From Octopus vulgaris (taxonomy: Eukaryota), in the NCBI GenBank assembly GCA_951406725.2, contig OX597821.1, positions 62,186,001 through 62,250,000 on the forward strand: 64,000 nucleotides of DNA, read 5' to 3'. Below are positions 26,461 through 39,165 of this stretch, piece after piece; the stretch's first letter is position 1, and the number at the start of each line of letters is the position of its first letter. The position numbers were made by a program, and so were the translations under genes. The notes under the pieces were generated by a model that saw only the letters and a program-made list of their open reading frames with translations, had not been told where the DNA came from and made no database searches.

Positions 26461-27478
26461 TGATAGATAGTGACAAATATTTTCATCGACAAACCCGTCA
26501 TCTAGACGCGTTCTAGAATCTACTTACCTGAAGATGTGTACGTAAACAGTTATTGTTGTATAATGTTAATACAATAAAGTGTATAATATATGTAATGTTC
26601 ATCGATCAGGAAATGATACTAAGGTGTCGAATCAATTGTAGTGATTTGGAATAAAGCCTGGTCATTCCATTTTCTCGTAGTAAAATTGGTTCGCATAAAT
26701 TCAGTGGATGTTCATGGGGCTCCAACTTTATATTCAGTTGAAGGAGAAGTCCTACTATGTGTAGCAATTTGTAGCCAATACTCGTAAAGGAGCTTTGCAA
26801 ATAATATTATAAGTTTATTCACTTACTTGTTATTAAATACATATACTCTGCTGAACACGATTTTGTCTTACATCCTTTCAGGTTTGATAAATTATCCCCT
26901 CCCCCGAAATTGCCGGTCTTGTACTAGAATTTGTAATGATTATATATATATATATATGTGTGCGTGTGTGTGTGACTGTGTGTGTGTTAGTGTGTGTACT
27001 TGTGTGCGTGTGTGTGCATAAACACACTCCCGCACATACACTCACACATTCCCTGTTCATGGAATTTCAATATTTGCTTTATTGTTCATGCACGTTAGTT
27101 TCTTGTTAAAGAAATTCAAATCCCTTGAATCATTCATAGCCCTATTCAGTATTTAAAACCCTACATTCTTTAAGTCCCATATTGATTTGTTGCTTCATAA
27201 TTGGAAACCGTGTTCGAGCTTTATCATTATGCCAAGATTAGGAGCGAGAAAAACTATATGAATACGTACCTTGAAGCGCATATTTCAATACTCATCCGTT
27301 TATGGAACATGATACTTATTTCAGGTTTATTATACATGACTTTCTATTCTGCTATAGATATGTATGCATATATGTAGGTATTTATCTATCCTTGCATCTA
27401 CGAACACACATACATAAATGTATGTATATATTGGTAGAAACTATATATATACCTATAAATGCATATATATATACATAC

Positions 27479-27536
<58 letters not shown>

Positions 27537-28112
27537 ATATATATATGTATATAAACCCATATGTGTTTAAACATTAGTAAGGATTTGTAAACGAAAATTT
27601 TGCTTTCAAACAAATCTATGCAAATGTATGGTTTTGTTCTCCTATACTTAACAGCATAATGAAATGCAAATCCTACTTCCTATTATGAACGCAGAATCAT
27701 CTTGTATCAGTCTACTCTGCACAGAAATTTATGAAATTTGTTTTGGCTTTAAATATTGAATAGAGTTATGAAAGCATTTTATTAAAGCTCGGAATCCCTT
27801 TAGATATAACTTATTATAATGCAGAAAAGAAAATTGTTTTCTTTGCCGACGTATACTTATACTGACGAATTGAGGATTGAGAATATATCAAAATGGAAAT
27901 TTTTAATCATTTCCTGTTTAATTTGTGAATGGAATTAACATTTGACATTGCTTTCTAACTCAGCTAGTGCCAAAATGTTCTAGTTGTTACTCAGTCTTCT
28001 AGAAAACTCAAAACATAATCTATCATATTAATTATAATAAGAACACAACACTTTGGCTAATGTAGTTTTCGTTAAATCATTAACGAAAATAATGTAGGGA
28101 TGGTCTTTTTAC

Positions 28113-29413
28113 AATAGGCACAAAGACGAAATTCTAGGGGAGGGGTCCAGTCAATTAGATCGGCCCCAGTACGCAAATGGTACTTAATTTATCGACACCG
28201 AAAGGGTGAAAGGTAAAGTCGACCACGGCGGAATTTGAACTCAGAACGTAACGGCAGACGAAATACCTATTTCTTTACTACCCACAACGAGCTAAACACA
28301 GAGAGGACAAACAAGGGCAGACAAAAGTATTAAGTCGATTATATCGACTCCAGTGCGTAACTGGTACTTAATTAATCGACCCCGAAAGGATGAATGGCAA
28401 AGTCAACCGCGGCGGAATTTGAACTCAGAACGTAACGGCAGACAAAATACCTATTTCTTTATTACCCACAAGGGGCTAAACACGGAGGGGACAAATAAGG
28501 GCAGACAAACGTATTAAGTCGATTATATCGACCCCAGTGCGTAACTGGTACTTATTTAATCGACCCCGAAAGGATGAAAGGCAAAGTCAACCTCTGCGGA
28601 ATTTGAACTCAGAACGTAACGGCAGACAAAATACCGTTAAGCATTTCACCCAGCCTGCTAACGTTTCTGCTAGCTCGCCGCCGTTGCTATAAATATATTT
28701 CTTTATTGCCAACAAGGGGCTAAATATAGAGGGGACAAACAAGGACAGACAAAAGGATTAAGTCAATTACATCGACCCCAGTGTGCAACCGGTACTTTAT
28801 TCATCGACTTCGAAAAGATGAAAGGCAAAGTTGACCTCGGCGGAATTTGAACTCAGAACGTAACGGCAAACAAAATACCGTTAAGCATTTCACCCGGCCT
28901 GCTAACGTTTCTGCCAGCTCGCCGCCGTTGCTATAAATATATTTCTTTATTGCCAACAAGGGGCTAAATATAGAGGGGACAAACAAGGACAGACAAAAGG
29001 ATTAAGTCAATTACATCGACCCCAGTGTGCAACCGGTACTTTATTCATCGACTTCGAAAAGATGAAAGGCAAAGTTGACCTCGGCGGAATTTGAACTCAG
29101 AACGTAACGGCATACAAAATACCGTTAAGCATTTCACCCGGCCTGCTAACGTTTCTGCCAGCTCGCCGCCGTTGCTATAAATATATTTCTTTATTGCCAA
29201 CAAGGGGCTAAACATAGAGGGGACAAACAAGGACAGACAAAAGGATTAAGTCAATTACATCGACCCCAATGTGCAACCGGTAATTTATTCATCGACTTCG
29301 AAAAGATGAAAAGCAAAGATGATCTCGGCGGAATTTGAACTCAGAACGCGACAGCAGACAAAATACCGCTAAGCATTTCGGCCGGCGCGCTAACGTTTCT
29401 GCTAGCTCGTCGA
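28113..29413 (-). repeat. Tandem head-to-tail array of six SINE family C units
   Basis: GAATTTGAACTCAGAACG recurs at 28231, 28415, 28599, 28843, 29087, 29331 (periods 184, 184, 244, 244, 244). Confidence 0.93.
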
Positions 29414-30321
29414 TTTGATGCTAGGATGGTCCAACGAAAATGCTAAAATTTCTATAAAGTATATTCGTGCAACATTTGCAGTTCTTCATCACTTATTAAA
29501 TCACATTAATACACATGAATTCACCTAGCTTTAAATAGTTGCTTGTCTTTTAAAAAATGGCTAATTTTTTTTTACATTCTACATTATTAAAGGCTCAAGT
29601 TATCTTAATCATTGTCAACGACATTAACACATAAATATTTAATGCGTAGCGGTAAGATTTCGTAATTCAATCTTGATATTTAGTGAAACATTTTCCTTGA
29701 TATAGTCACTGTGCTGCCGATTAAACGCAATAATTAACATTTATACACATCAAACAGAAGAGTCTTAATTTGATACATGTCATTTGAATAATGGTTTAAA
29801 GGATTTTTTCATTTGATAACATTAAAAGTTGGATTTCTTTTGATTTTACATAGCTATCTTGCAACGTAGAATAGTATAACTTCCGCGCTGTTCAGAGAAA
29901 ATACTTTCTGACTGTAAACGAGCTGACGAAAACTCAATGGAAGGGAAATCACATTCTGCTAGAAAGTAATATGAGAGAAGGACTAAAACGAATTTGTACA
30001 ATTAACTGCTTGGAAAAACATATGGACACAACCCATCACAGGCATATACGTACGTGCGCGTGTGTTTTGGGTGAACGGCTGTGTAATATATACATCGAAG
30101 AGTGGAGAAGATAAACAGCTGACAACTGATGACGGGTCGTTCTTTATGTTACTTGTCTTGTTTTTCCATTTGTTTCTTTTGTTGTTCGCATAAAAGAATT
30201 CGTATTCCATGTTTTCACATTTCGTATTTCATGTTGTTTACCTTTTATGACATCCTGTACCCATATATGCACACACACAAACAGACACACACACATACAA
30301 GCACACACACACACACACATG

Positions 30322-30354
<33 letters not shown>

Positions 30355-31054
30355 ATGTAAGTATTTACATATATGTATGTATATATGCATATATATTATT
30401 TATATTATTATATGATTGAAGGCCACGCATCCATTTCCAAGTAAGTTTATCTAAATTCCGGTGGGACTCTATATTGTGCTGTTCTCTTTACTTCTCCACT
30501 TCCGTTTCCTCTCCCTTTCTCTAAATTTTTATCTCCCCTTATCACCATTTCGCTTTTTTCTCTCTCATTCTTTCTCTAATTCTTTTCCTCTCCCCTTCAC
30601 CTTTCTCGATCGGTCCCTCTCTCTCACTCTTCTTCTTGTATTCTCTCGTTGCTCACACGTGACAATCGGACATCTTTCCTTTCCTAACTTAAGCTTCTTT
30701 CTTTCCTTTTGTTCTGCCACACAGATCAGACGCATTCTTGTCTGTCTTTTCCCCTATCAACTCTGTGTCTGTGTGACTGTGCGTGTGTGTATTTGTGTGT
30801 GCTTGTGTTTGTGTGTATCTGCATATGTTTGCCCGGAAGTTCATCGGTTTGGAAATGTATCTATGTCTACACTGTTATTGCAGTGTTTTGCACTGGAAAA
30901 TAAAATCAGGTTCCTTTTAATTTCATGTTTTTGCATGAAAAACATTAGTACATTTACAAATTAGAATAATAAACCCAATGTTTATAGAGATGATTATCAT
31001 GTAATAAATTTTGGAGCAGAAAATTTTTTGATATACCGCCGCTTAAAGCACAAG

Positions 31055-31187
31055 TTTTTTCCTTTCTGCTAAAGAGCGTAGGCTCGGAACGTAAAAAACT
31101 CTCTCGCTTTCCCGGCGTCAAACTGATAAATCTGCTTGTTGTTCATACATCTGTCTTCATCTCTTGTATTTTTGTAAATTTCAACTA
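31055..31187 (+). mobile_element. Short hammerhead-variant element
   Basis: cttt-CTGCTAA-A-GAGC-gtag-GCTC-GGAACGTA-aaa. Homologous to 35535-35747. Confidence 0.55.
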
Positions 31188-31661
31188 TGTGTGTGTGTGT
31201 GTGTGTGTGTGTGTTTGTGTGTTTATGCATTTAGAATGTTCATTATATATTGATTTTAGGCTGCCGAATATGATTTCAGTTGGTATGCTGTTTATATATT
31301 TAGTAAAGTGTAATTTTAGCAGAATCATTGGAGCCCAGGGTGGAATGTTTTGCCGAATTTTTACTTTTTTCTGTGCTTGAATTTGAAATAATAAGAGCAC
31401 AGATTGCTACTCCCGTAAAGTCAAATGTTAGTATAATATTCTCGGAATTGGCGTCATTGGTATATGCAGACGATCATATTCAATGGCATTTTTTCTAGAA
31501 ATGTAGTGGAGTTCAGCAAGCTTCAAGGGACCACTTTACATATAGAAACTTATATGTGACTGAAACCGCCCAATCTCAAACCGATGTGAAAACTCTGAAT
31601 ATAGTAGATGAATTTCAACAAGGATACCCAAATTTGCGTTATGAATCACCCTCTTTTTCAC

Positions 31662-31872
31662 CGAGGGGCTGCTAAAAATTTCATTACTTTAAAGGTGTCG
31701 CTAAAATTATGCTTGGACGCCCAGCATTCGGAGCTATTTTAGAGGTCTTAGAAAAACTGAAAGACGGGTGCGATAAGTGTGTGAATCTGAGAAGGGAATA
31801 TATTAAATAAAATAATAATCTTTCTCTATTTTATGTTACTGAAACCCATAAAATTTTCAGAGTCCCCTTGTA
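31662..31872 (+). mobile_element. Internally deleted mariner (about 210 bp)
   Basis: CGAGGGGCTGCTAAAAATTT ... AAATTTTCAGAGTCCCCTTGTA ends. C-terminal remnant CDKCVNLRREYIK*. Confidence 0.65.
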
Positions 31873-33789
31873 CATCGTTCTCTCTGTAAATGAACGCAAC
31901 TATCAAAATCAAGACCATGAAAAAACTTACATTTATTATAATAAATTAGAGGACTTTGATTTCCAAAGAAGCAGATTAATTAACTTTTTAACTATTTTAG
32001 AATAGTTTCGTGTTTTGTTATATTTTGTGTTGTATTACGTTAAAGATAACGTAGATTAAAGATAAATTTATTAAATCACATTGAAAATAATTAAAAACTT
32101 CTCTCGCTTCCTCAGCACGAAATAATCGTAGAAATTGGACTCAATTCTGGTATTCTACAGGCTTAATTAACAAATTTAAATGGAAAACTGAACGACGGAC
32201 TATATGAATTGTTCTATTCTGATCTACAGCGAATGTTTCCATACAAAACTATATAACCTATATTCTAATTTGCTTTCACAACAACTGAAGTATTTCCTGC
32301 AACGAATCTCACTAAATAATCTGGATAAGATTAGCCAAGCTGTAAAGTGTTGTAGACCTGTAAAATAATTAGATGAAGCCATACACATGTAACAGACAAA
32401 AGTTTGTAATATCGACCAAATGTCATCACTCAGCTCTAGCTTTCAATTTGTATAAATATACACATAAATGTGAAAATCCAGTTTATTTATAGAAAACTAA
32501 CAGGCTAATAATGTCGCTTAACCATATAACTGCCGTAATAGATAATAGTCTGCAACCAGCTGTATTCGATCCTAGATGGTTTTGGCCAAACGTTTGTAAA
32601 CTCAGGTTCAGATTATATAATGTTTTTATTTTATAAAACAGTTAGATATTTTCTGAGTAAGATCAGATTATTATTCTGATAGTACCATCAACCATGCCTA
32701 ATCATATGCATTTATCGATGTCATTACTTATGAAAACAAAACTGAGTTGTGTTACAATTCTGTCAACATGAATATGCTGAGAACCATGAAAGAATAGAGC
32801 TTTAATTGCCTTAAGCAAATTAGAGGTAATTAGCAGTGTGTGACGAAAGAAATTTGCAAAACTTATCTTCAGATAACATTTCATAAAATATTCTATTATT
32901 GTCACATTTGCATACAGGCAAAAAAAATGAAAAAACATCTCAAATATATGAATGTTTAAAAAATACAAAACATAATACTAATTTTCTATCGCAGACAGTC
33001 TAGTTTCGAGTCAGAATGACACGACGATAATGTAATAAATACAGCGACCTAATTTTAACTTATCCACCAAAGCCTAACTATGTAGAAAAACCAAATAATC
33101 AAGACTCTTATATATTTAGAATATGTTTTTCAAAAAATGAATTTTTAAACAGCAAAGTCTAGTAATTTAAACCCAGAATATCTAAACGATAAATAATTAG
33201 CAGTTTTTATGCAAATTTTCAGTATATTGATTTCGATCTGCAGATGACTATCTATGATATAAGAATTTAACATTTAAAATGAAACATTTTGTGGTATAGC
33301 AAACTGCAAACTATTTTTGGCGTGACTTTGATGTTAAATTCGGAAAATATAATTCAGAAAGCAAAATTCAATTCTAGTAAGTAGATATATAATTATATGT
33401 AAATTTGCATGAAATGTATAAAATTAAATTTCTATTAGACATAAATCAATATGAGTTAAATAAAACATTTATTTAGCGATTGCTAAAGCTACAATACTTG
33501 CAAAATATCTACGTGGTTTTTAGACAGAAAAAGCCTTTCCGATGATATTTGATTATTAAATGTATTTGAGAAATGATAGTATTTTTAATTTATGAAACAA
33601 TTTAGCATGTTATTAAAAATTATCTATTAAATATTAATCACTTTTCACGTAAAATTCATTGAACATGTGTGTGTTTGTGTTCGCGCGCATATGTATGTGG
33701 GTGTATGCGTGTTGTGCATGCGTGTGTGCGTATGTGTCTGCGTGCGTATAAATATGCTGTGTATCACTGCTTGCCAGAAAAGTGCCTTC

Positions 33790-35330
33790 TCTATAATAGA
33801 ACATTGCCTGTTGATGTGACTTAGGTGGCTTTCTAATCCACCTTTCGTTCTACCGGAACGTTAAGAGATTTGACATTTCGTTTTTCAGTACAAATTATGC
33901 GAGATATGCTGGGCATTAAAAACCATCTCACAATGAGCTCGATTTCTCCCTGGCTCCTATGCATGGCTGAGAAACTCAACTCTTTATAGAAGAAATCGTC
34001 CAATGATAGAGCACTTCAGCTTCAGCTGGGTTTCCACTGTCATGCTCTTGGGTTCCGCTTCACACAGCATGCTCCATTTTCTTTTGCTCAAAGACTTTAC
34101 ATATGCACTTGATAATCTCGCTCTTGATACACGATATTCAGCAAGCTTTTGACAGATATCCATATCAATCTCCAGGGTTTTAAGTTTGCCTTTTATGACA
34201 TCATGAAACCGCTTCTTAGGTTTGTTCTGAGGCCTTTCCATCTGGTCAGCTCCCCATAAAACATCTCTTTCAGTAACCTGATTTCTTCCAACCGGACAAC
34301 ATCAGCAGTTCAACGCAAATATTTCATAATTATCTTTTTCTCAATACTGGAGCTACCAGCTTAAGTACACACACATCAGCCATGTAAAAGGACCACGTAT
34401 GGTCAGGATGCGCCGGTTATAATGCAGATTTGTAAATACACACGACTCATACGCAGTGAGCTTCATATTTCTCGTGAGACAAAGATCTAACCAGGCTGGC
34501 ATCTCCAGTTTCAGGAAAGCAGCACTAGCTTTTACAATCCTCTGATGTATTTCAGCATCAAGGATACCATATCTACTAGGTTTTCCTTCCAATATACACT
34601 AAGCTGTCACAACTTCAAATCTTTCTGCTCCACGTAAATGTCAGGTTGCACATACGCTTCTCCATCTGGCGAAGTGTACATATTATTTTAATGGTAACAT
34701 TCAGAGTAATTTAAGTCGGCGGCCTGGCAGAAACGTTAGCACGCCAGGCAAAATGATTTGCGGTATTTCGTCTGCCCTTTCGGGGTCGATGAAATAAGTA
34801 CCAGTTGCGCACTGGGGTCGATTACATCGACTTAATCCCTTTGTCTGTCCCACTTTGTTCCCTCTATATTTAGCCTCCCCCCATGGGTAATAAAGGAATA
34901 AATATACAGACCATTGTAAAGCATGCATTGTAGACGCTCTCCCATGTCATCCGTTGTTTTTTCGTCGAATGAGCCACACTATTCGCACTATCTACACACA
35001 AGAAACTTCATATAAGAATGCCAAATGTTGAAACGTTTTAGTTTAAAGAATTTGCCAGATGGACACATCGAATTCGAAATCCTTGAAAGCACAATTATGG
35101 AGCGCGGTAAATTATATAGGGAATAAAGTGGGTGCTAAGATCCCACCTTGTTTCGCATCGTTTCTCAATGGATTTGGCTTTGAAGGTGTCCCATTGAAGT
35201 TTAGTTTTGCCCTCATGATCTTAATGTAGCTTTTTGAATATCCTAAGAAATTCAGAAGAGCAATAAATGTTCCTTGATATGACCCACAGAATACTAGGAT
35301 TAAAAGTATCAAAGGCGTAATAAATGTTCA
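33790..35330 (-). mobile_element. Decayed RTE-clade LINE fragment, interrupted by a SINE
   Basis: KQGGILAPTLF, DAEIHQRIVKASAAF, YESCVFTNLHY, KPKKRFHDVIK..LK. Confidence 0.82.
34715..34905 (+). mobile_element. SINE family C nested in the RTE fragment
   Basis: ggcagaaacgttagcacgcc...ggggtcgatgaaataagtaccagt. Confidence 0.85.
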
Positions 35331-35534
35331 GAGATACTTGATACGGTGTCACTTGTTGCAGGGGCAGACTTCGCCTTTAGGTGGTGGGCTAAGAAAATAA
35401 TGTCCGTATAATCTCAACTCAATCCAATGCCATCCCTGCGATCCATTTCCCATGTTTATAATATATATACATACAAATATACATATGTGTGTGTATGTAT
35501 GTATGTATGCATATATCTATCTATATATATACAT

Positions 35535-35747
35535 ATATATATATATATAATATATCAGTCGCCATGATAGATCGTTACCCACTACACACATCTTTTTCTC
35601 TCCTTGATTTTTCTGTGTCCCTTTCTGTAGAAGAGGTAGGCTCGAAACGTAAAAGACTTTTTCTATTCCTGAACGTTATACTAATACATCCGTTTGTTTT
35701 GTATACCACCTGTCTTCGTCTTTTGTTTTTTTCGTAAACTCTCCCTA
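35535..35747 (+). mobile_element. Short hammerhead-variant element between TA-rich tracts
   Basis: cttt-CTGTAGA-A-GAG-gtagg-CTC-GAAACGTA-aaag. Confidence 0.6.
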
Positions 35748-35956
35748 TATATATATACATATATGTGTGTTTGTGTGCATATATATATGTGTGTGTGTAT
35801 ATGCATATAAGTGTATTTGTGTATGCGTGTATGAAAATATTTTCACTTATTATACATGAATAAATACGGTATATGCATTTCCTTCTCTTTATTGCATAAG
35901 GTTATCAGCATCAATTGCCATTCGCACTCAATCACATTCGAAATGAAAATATATGA

Positions 35957-35996
<40 letters not shown>

Positions 35997-36979
35997 GCAA
36001 TTTTTATGCTAATTTTGAAATAGATATACATCGAAACAGAATTAAAAATTACTAAATGCTGATATTATAATTTCAGTTATCTCTAATTTCCATTCTCAAT
36101 AATATGTATTCATATAATTTCATTTTGATTTATTCCAGTTTTAGAAAACAGTTACCGAAAATGAACAAACCGATTTATAATAACACCAATCTACTGAAAT
36201 GTTTTTGCCGCATCTATCATGAAGTAAGGTCGAAATATGAACGTCTTGACAAAAATACTGACAGCTTGCTGTTGTGTCTAAATTACAGTAGTTAAGTTAG
36301 CGCTTACATTATCGGTGACTATAAGCAATTCACCGTCCTCCGTGTATTCTTTGTTACACCGAAGAACATTTCCATTGAAAAATATCATAGTGAACAATTT
36401 ATCATCTACCCTTTTATTGGATTATTCGTGAAATATTTGCTGCAAGATTTGATACACTAGCACTTAAATTATTTACTTTAATTTTCAAAATTAAATGAAA
36501 ATTATTCTGTTGTGCATCAGCCATATTTTTCCAAAGTAATGTCGTTAAGTTGATTACCGTAGAGAGTAGAAACGACTAATGCTTTAATATCTTGCGCTTT
36601 AGAGAAAAATACAGCAATGTGCACTTGATGGTATGGTTATCTTCCCCCCTTTTACGTAAATGCAATTGATTATGTAAGAATAATGATGACCATGTAAATT
36701 AGTCAAAAGTATTCAGATATCCACTATGGTGTATTACGTTAGGATTAGTGTAAAGTAAAAATACAATGTGTCCCTTGTATTTCAACAATGTGTAATATAT
36801 AATAATTACATGATTTCTATAACTGAGCATGCATGCACAAATATTTTTCTCTGCTATAATTGTTAGTAGGTGTAAGTAGCAAAGAAAATGGAAGTATAAT
36901 TTCTAATATTGCACTACTTTATATGTTCTAAATTCGTTCCACTAGCGTTGTTTTGATGGCGTTCCATATATATATATTA

Positions 36980-37216
36980 AAATAAATGCGCCCTTTTAAA
37001 GCCTAGCCAGGCTCATGGGCCCGGTTTCCGTGGCGAATGTGTTCCCAAGCTGGAAGGGACGCCAGTCCATCGCAGCGTTACTCATTTTTGCCAGCTGAGT
37101 GAACTGGAGCAACGTGAAATGAAGTGTTTTGCCCAAGAACACAACGCGTCGCCCGGTCCAGGAATTGAAACCACAATCTTACGATCATGATGCTGACACC
37201 TTAACCACTAAGCCAC
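36980..37216 (-). mobile_element. SINE with family-B head and alternative 3' half
   Basis: Minus strand: TGGCTTAGTGG A box, cttgggcaaaacact, then gcgatggactggcgtccc...aaaagggcgcattt. Confidence 0.82.
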
Positions 37217-37689
37217 GGACATACACCCATATGTACATATACTCATTAAAATTATGCCATTAATAAACTTGGTTTGAATTTAGATTCTTACCTTTAAGGA
37301 GAATGACAAAATTCATTGCCAATATGTAACCGATGTAAAAGATTACAGTTTTACAGCTTCTTAGTTCGAAGATGTACAGTAAGGATATAAACGTATTTAA
37401 ATTTAGTAGGAAGGCTAAAAATTCAGAACAGTCATTCACTTACTTAAGTGTTGATGTTGAAGGTGGACTAGACATTCTTACAGAACATTCAAACGAACGT
37501 ACTGGCACAATAGTTGGGACGATTCTAAAATATTAATACTAATATTATCTTATTTACATAAAGAATAATGTGTTACGTGTATAATGTCTCTTTCCAAAAG
37601 AAAATAAACTTTGTATAATGCAGTGCAGACATTCAATCATAAAATAGCTTAAAGGAAAATTAGTTTGCCTGTTTGATTAGAAGCCACAG

Positions 37690-37885
37690 TGAAGAAAATG
37701 TTTTAAATTTTGGCACAAGGCTAGCGAGTTAATGGGAGTCGATAAGTTCATTCCATCTGCCTCAGTGTAATTAGTAGTATTTATTTTATCGGTTTGAAAG
37801 GATGAATGACAAGGTCGACTTCGACGGAATTTGAACTTAGTACGTAAATCTGAAAGGAAAGCATTTTCTCCGATTCTGATTTCTT
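37690..37885 (-). mobile_element. SINE family C, diverged
   Basis: aaggtcgacttcgacggaatttgaact motif. Confidence 0.65.
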
Positions 37886-37994
37886 TATTACCCATAGAGG
37901 GCGACACAGAACCGACAGCACAAACATTGGGGACACAAAACATCACATTTACATAATAATGAATACATGAATTTATGAAAATGATATTATTAAA

Positions 37995-39165
37995 GCGACG
38001 CTAACGGCCCCATCCGCTAGCGTCACTTACCTGTCCTTTAGTTATTAAACCCAAGCAAATATGCTTTCCTCTCTATCCCTCTCTCAAACCATTCTTCCAA
38101 CACTTTCATCGTCTCTTCATCTTAGTCAATCCCCAGTCTTTCTCTTTGCACCTTTCCATAAATTCCTCCACTTGTTCCTTTGGGATTATTGCACATCTTT
38201 CTGTCCCCTATCACACCATTGGTAGTCCGTTAAAGTCTCTTTTATTTCCTCTTTCCCTGAAATACATAGGGTGTAGGGCTTAGGTATATTTTTAGTATCT
38301 TGTTCGTATGTTTCTCTTTTTTGTTTTCTTGTTGGTGGGGAGTGGGTGGGCTCACTGTCTGCAGGGGAAGAGTGGGTCTCTGAGGGTGCGGGTGGTGTTG
38401 GGGTGGGTTGGGGCTCAACACTGTTTGGTTTTCCTCTTCTTTTTCTCTTCCTCTTCTCCCCGACTTCTTTCCATTCTTTTGGATCCTCCTCTTCTTCTGT
38501 TGACTCATTCTCCTCAGGTTTCCGCTCCTCTTCCACCTCCCTTTGAGGTTCCGCATACATATCTTTTGGTGGTGGTGGTGGTGGTGGGGTAGTTAGCTCT
38601 TATGTGGCCACTCAGGCCACACTTGTAGCAACGTGGAGCTCTGCCCTCCACCCACTTCTCTTCCGGTCTCTGCTCTTCTTCCGCCTCTCTTTGTGGTTCC
38701 GCATCCATATCTTTCTCTGTTCTTCTCAGAGCCTCTTCTATTCATTCCATATTCACCACTTCGATTTTTTTCCATCCGTTTACATAGACCCGGTAGGTAA
38801 TAGTCCTTTTCTCGATCCATTATCTGCGCTTTGGTGGCGGTTCTAATTCCACCTCACCGCCGTCCTTCTTAATAAAATTCTGATAACTTGGTAGCTTGGC
38901 TAAGTCCAATTCTCTCTCCTCCGATTTTTTGGTGACTCCAGCATAGGTATTACCTAATTTCTGGTCCATTTTCCTCACCGCTTCCTCCAATTCCTCCTCA
39001 GACGTAGACAAGTCCGATAGGGTTTCGAATATTCTTGCCGTCTCTCCCATTAGGGAGGGGCTGTCCTTGTCTGTCTCAACACAGACAGACAAACATCGTG
39101 CAACCATACAACAAAAAAACGTTTAACAAATATACGTGTAACGCAGTAACAAAATTTAACTCACG
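37995..39165 (-). mobile_element. Gag/ORF1-like retroelement remnant with zinc knuckle
   Basis: PRCYKCGLSGHIRANYP (CX2CX4H knuckle, last C lost), EWKEVGEKRKRKR, acidic/proline-rich tails. Frameshifted, no RT. Confidence 0.65.

Noticed and set aside
26525-26555. CTGAAGA..AAACAGT hammerhead-like string (similar at 41035-41075 minus and 56800-56830)
   Set aside because: Stems and the GAAA core cannot be formed convincingly.
28113-29413. CRISPR-like periodic array
   Set aside because: Whole units are repeated with no unique spacers, context is eukaryotic, and no cas genes are present.
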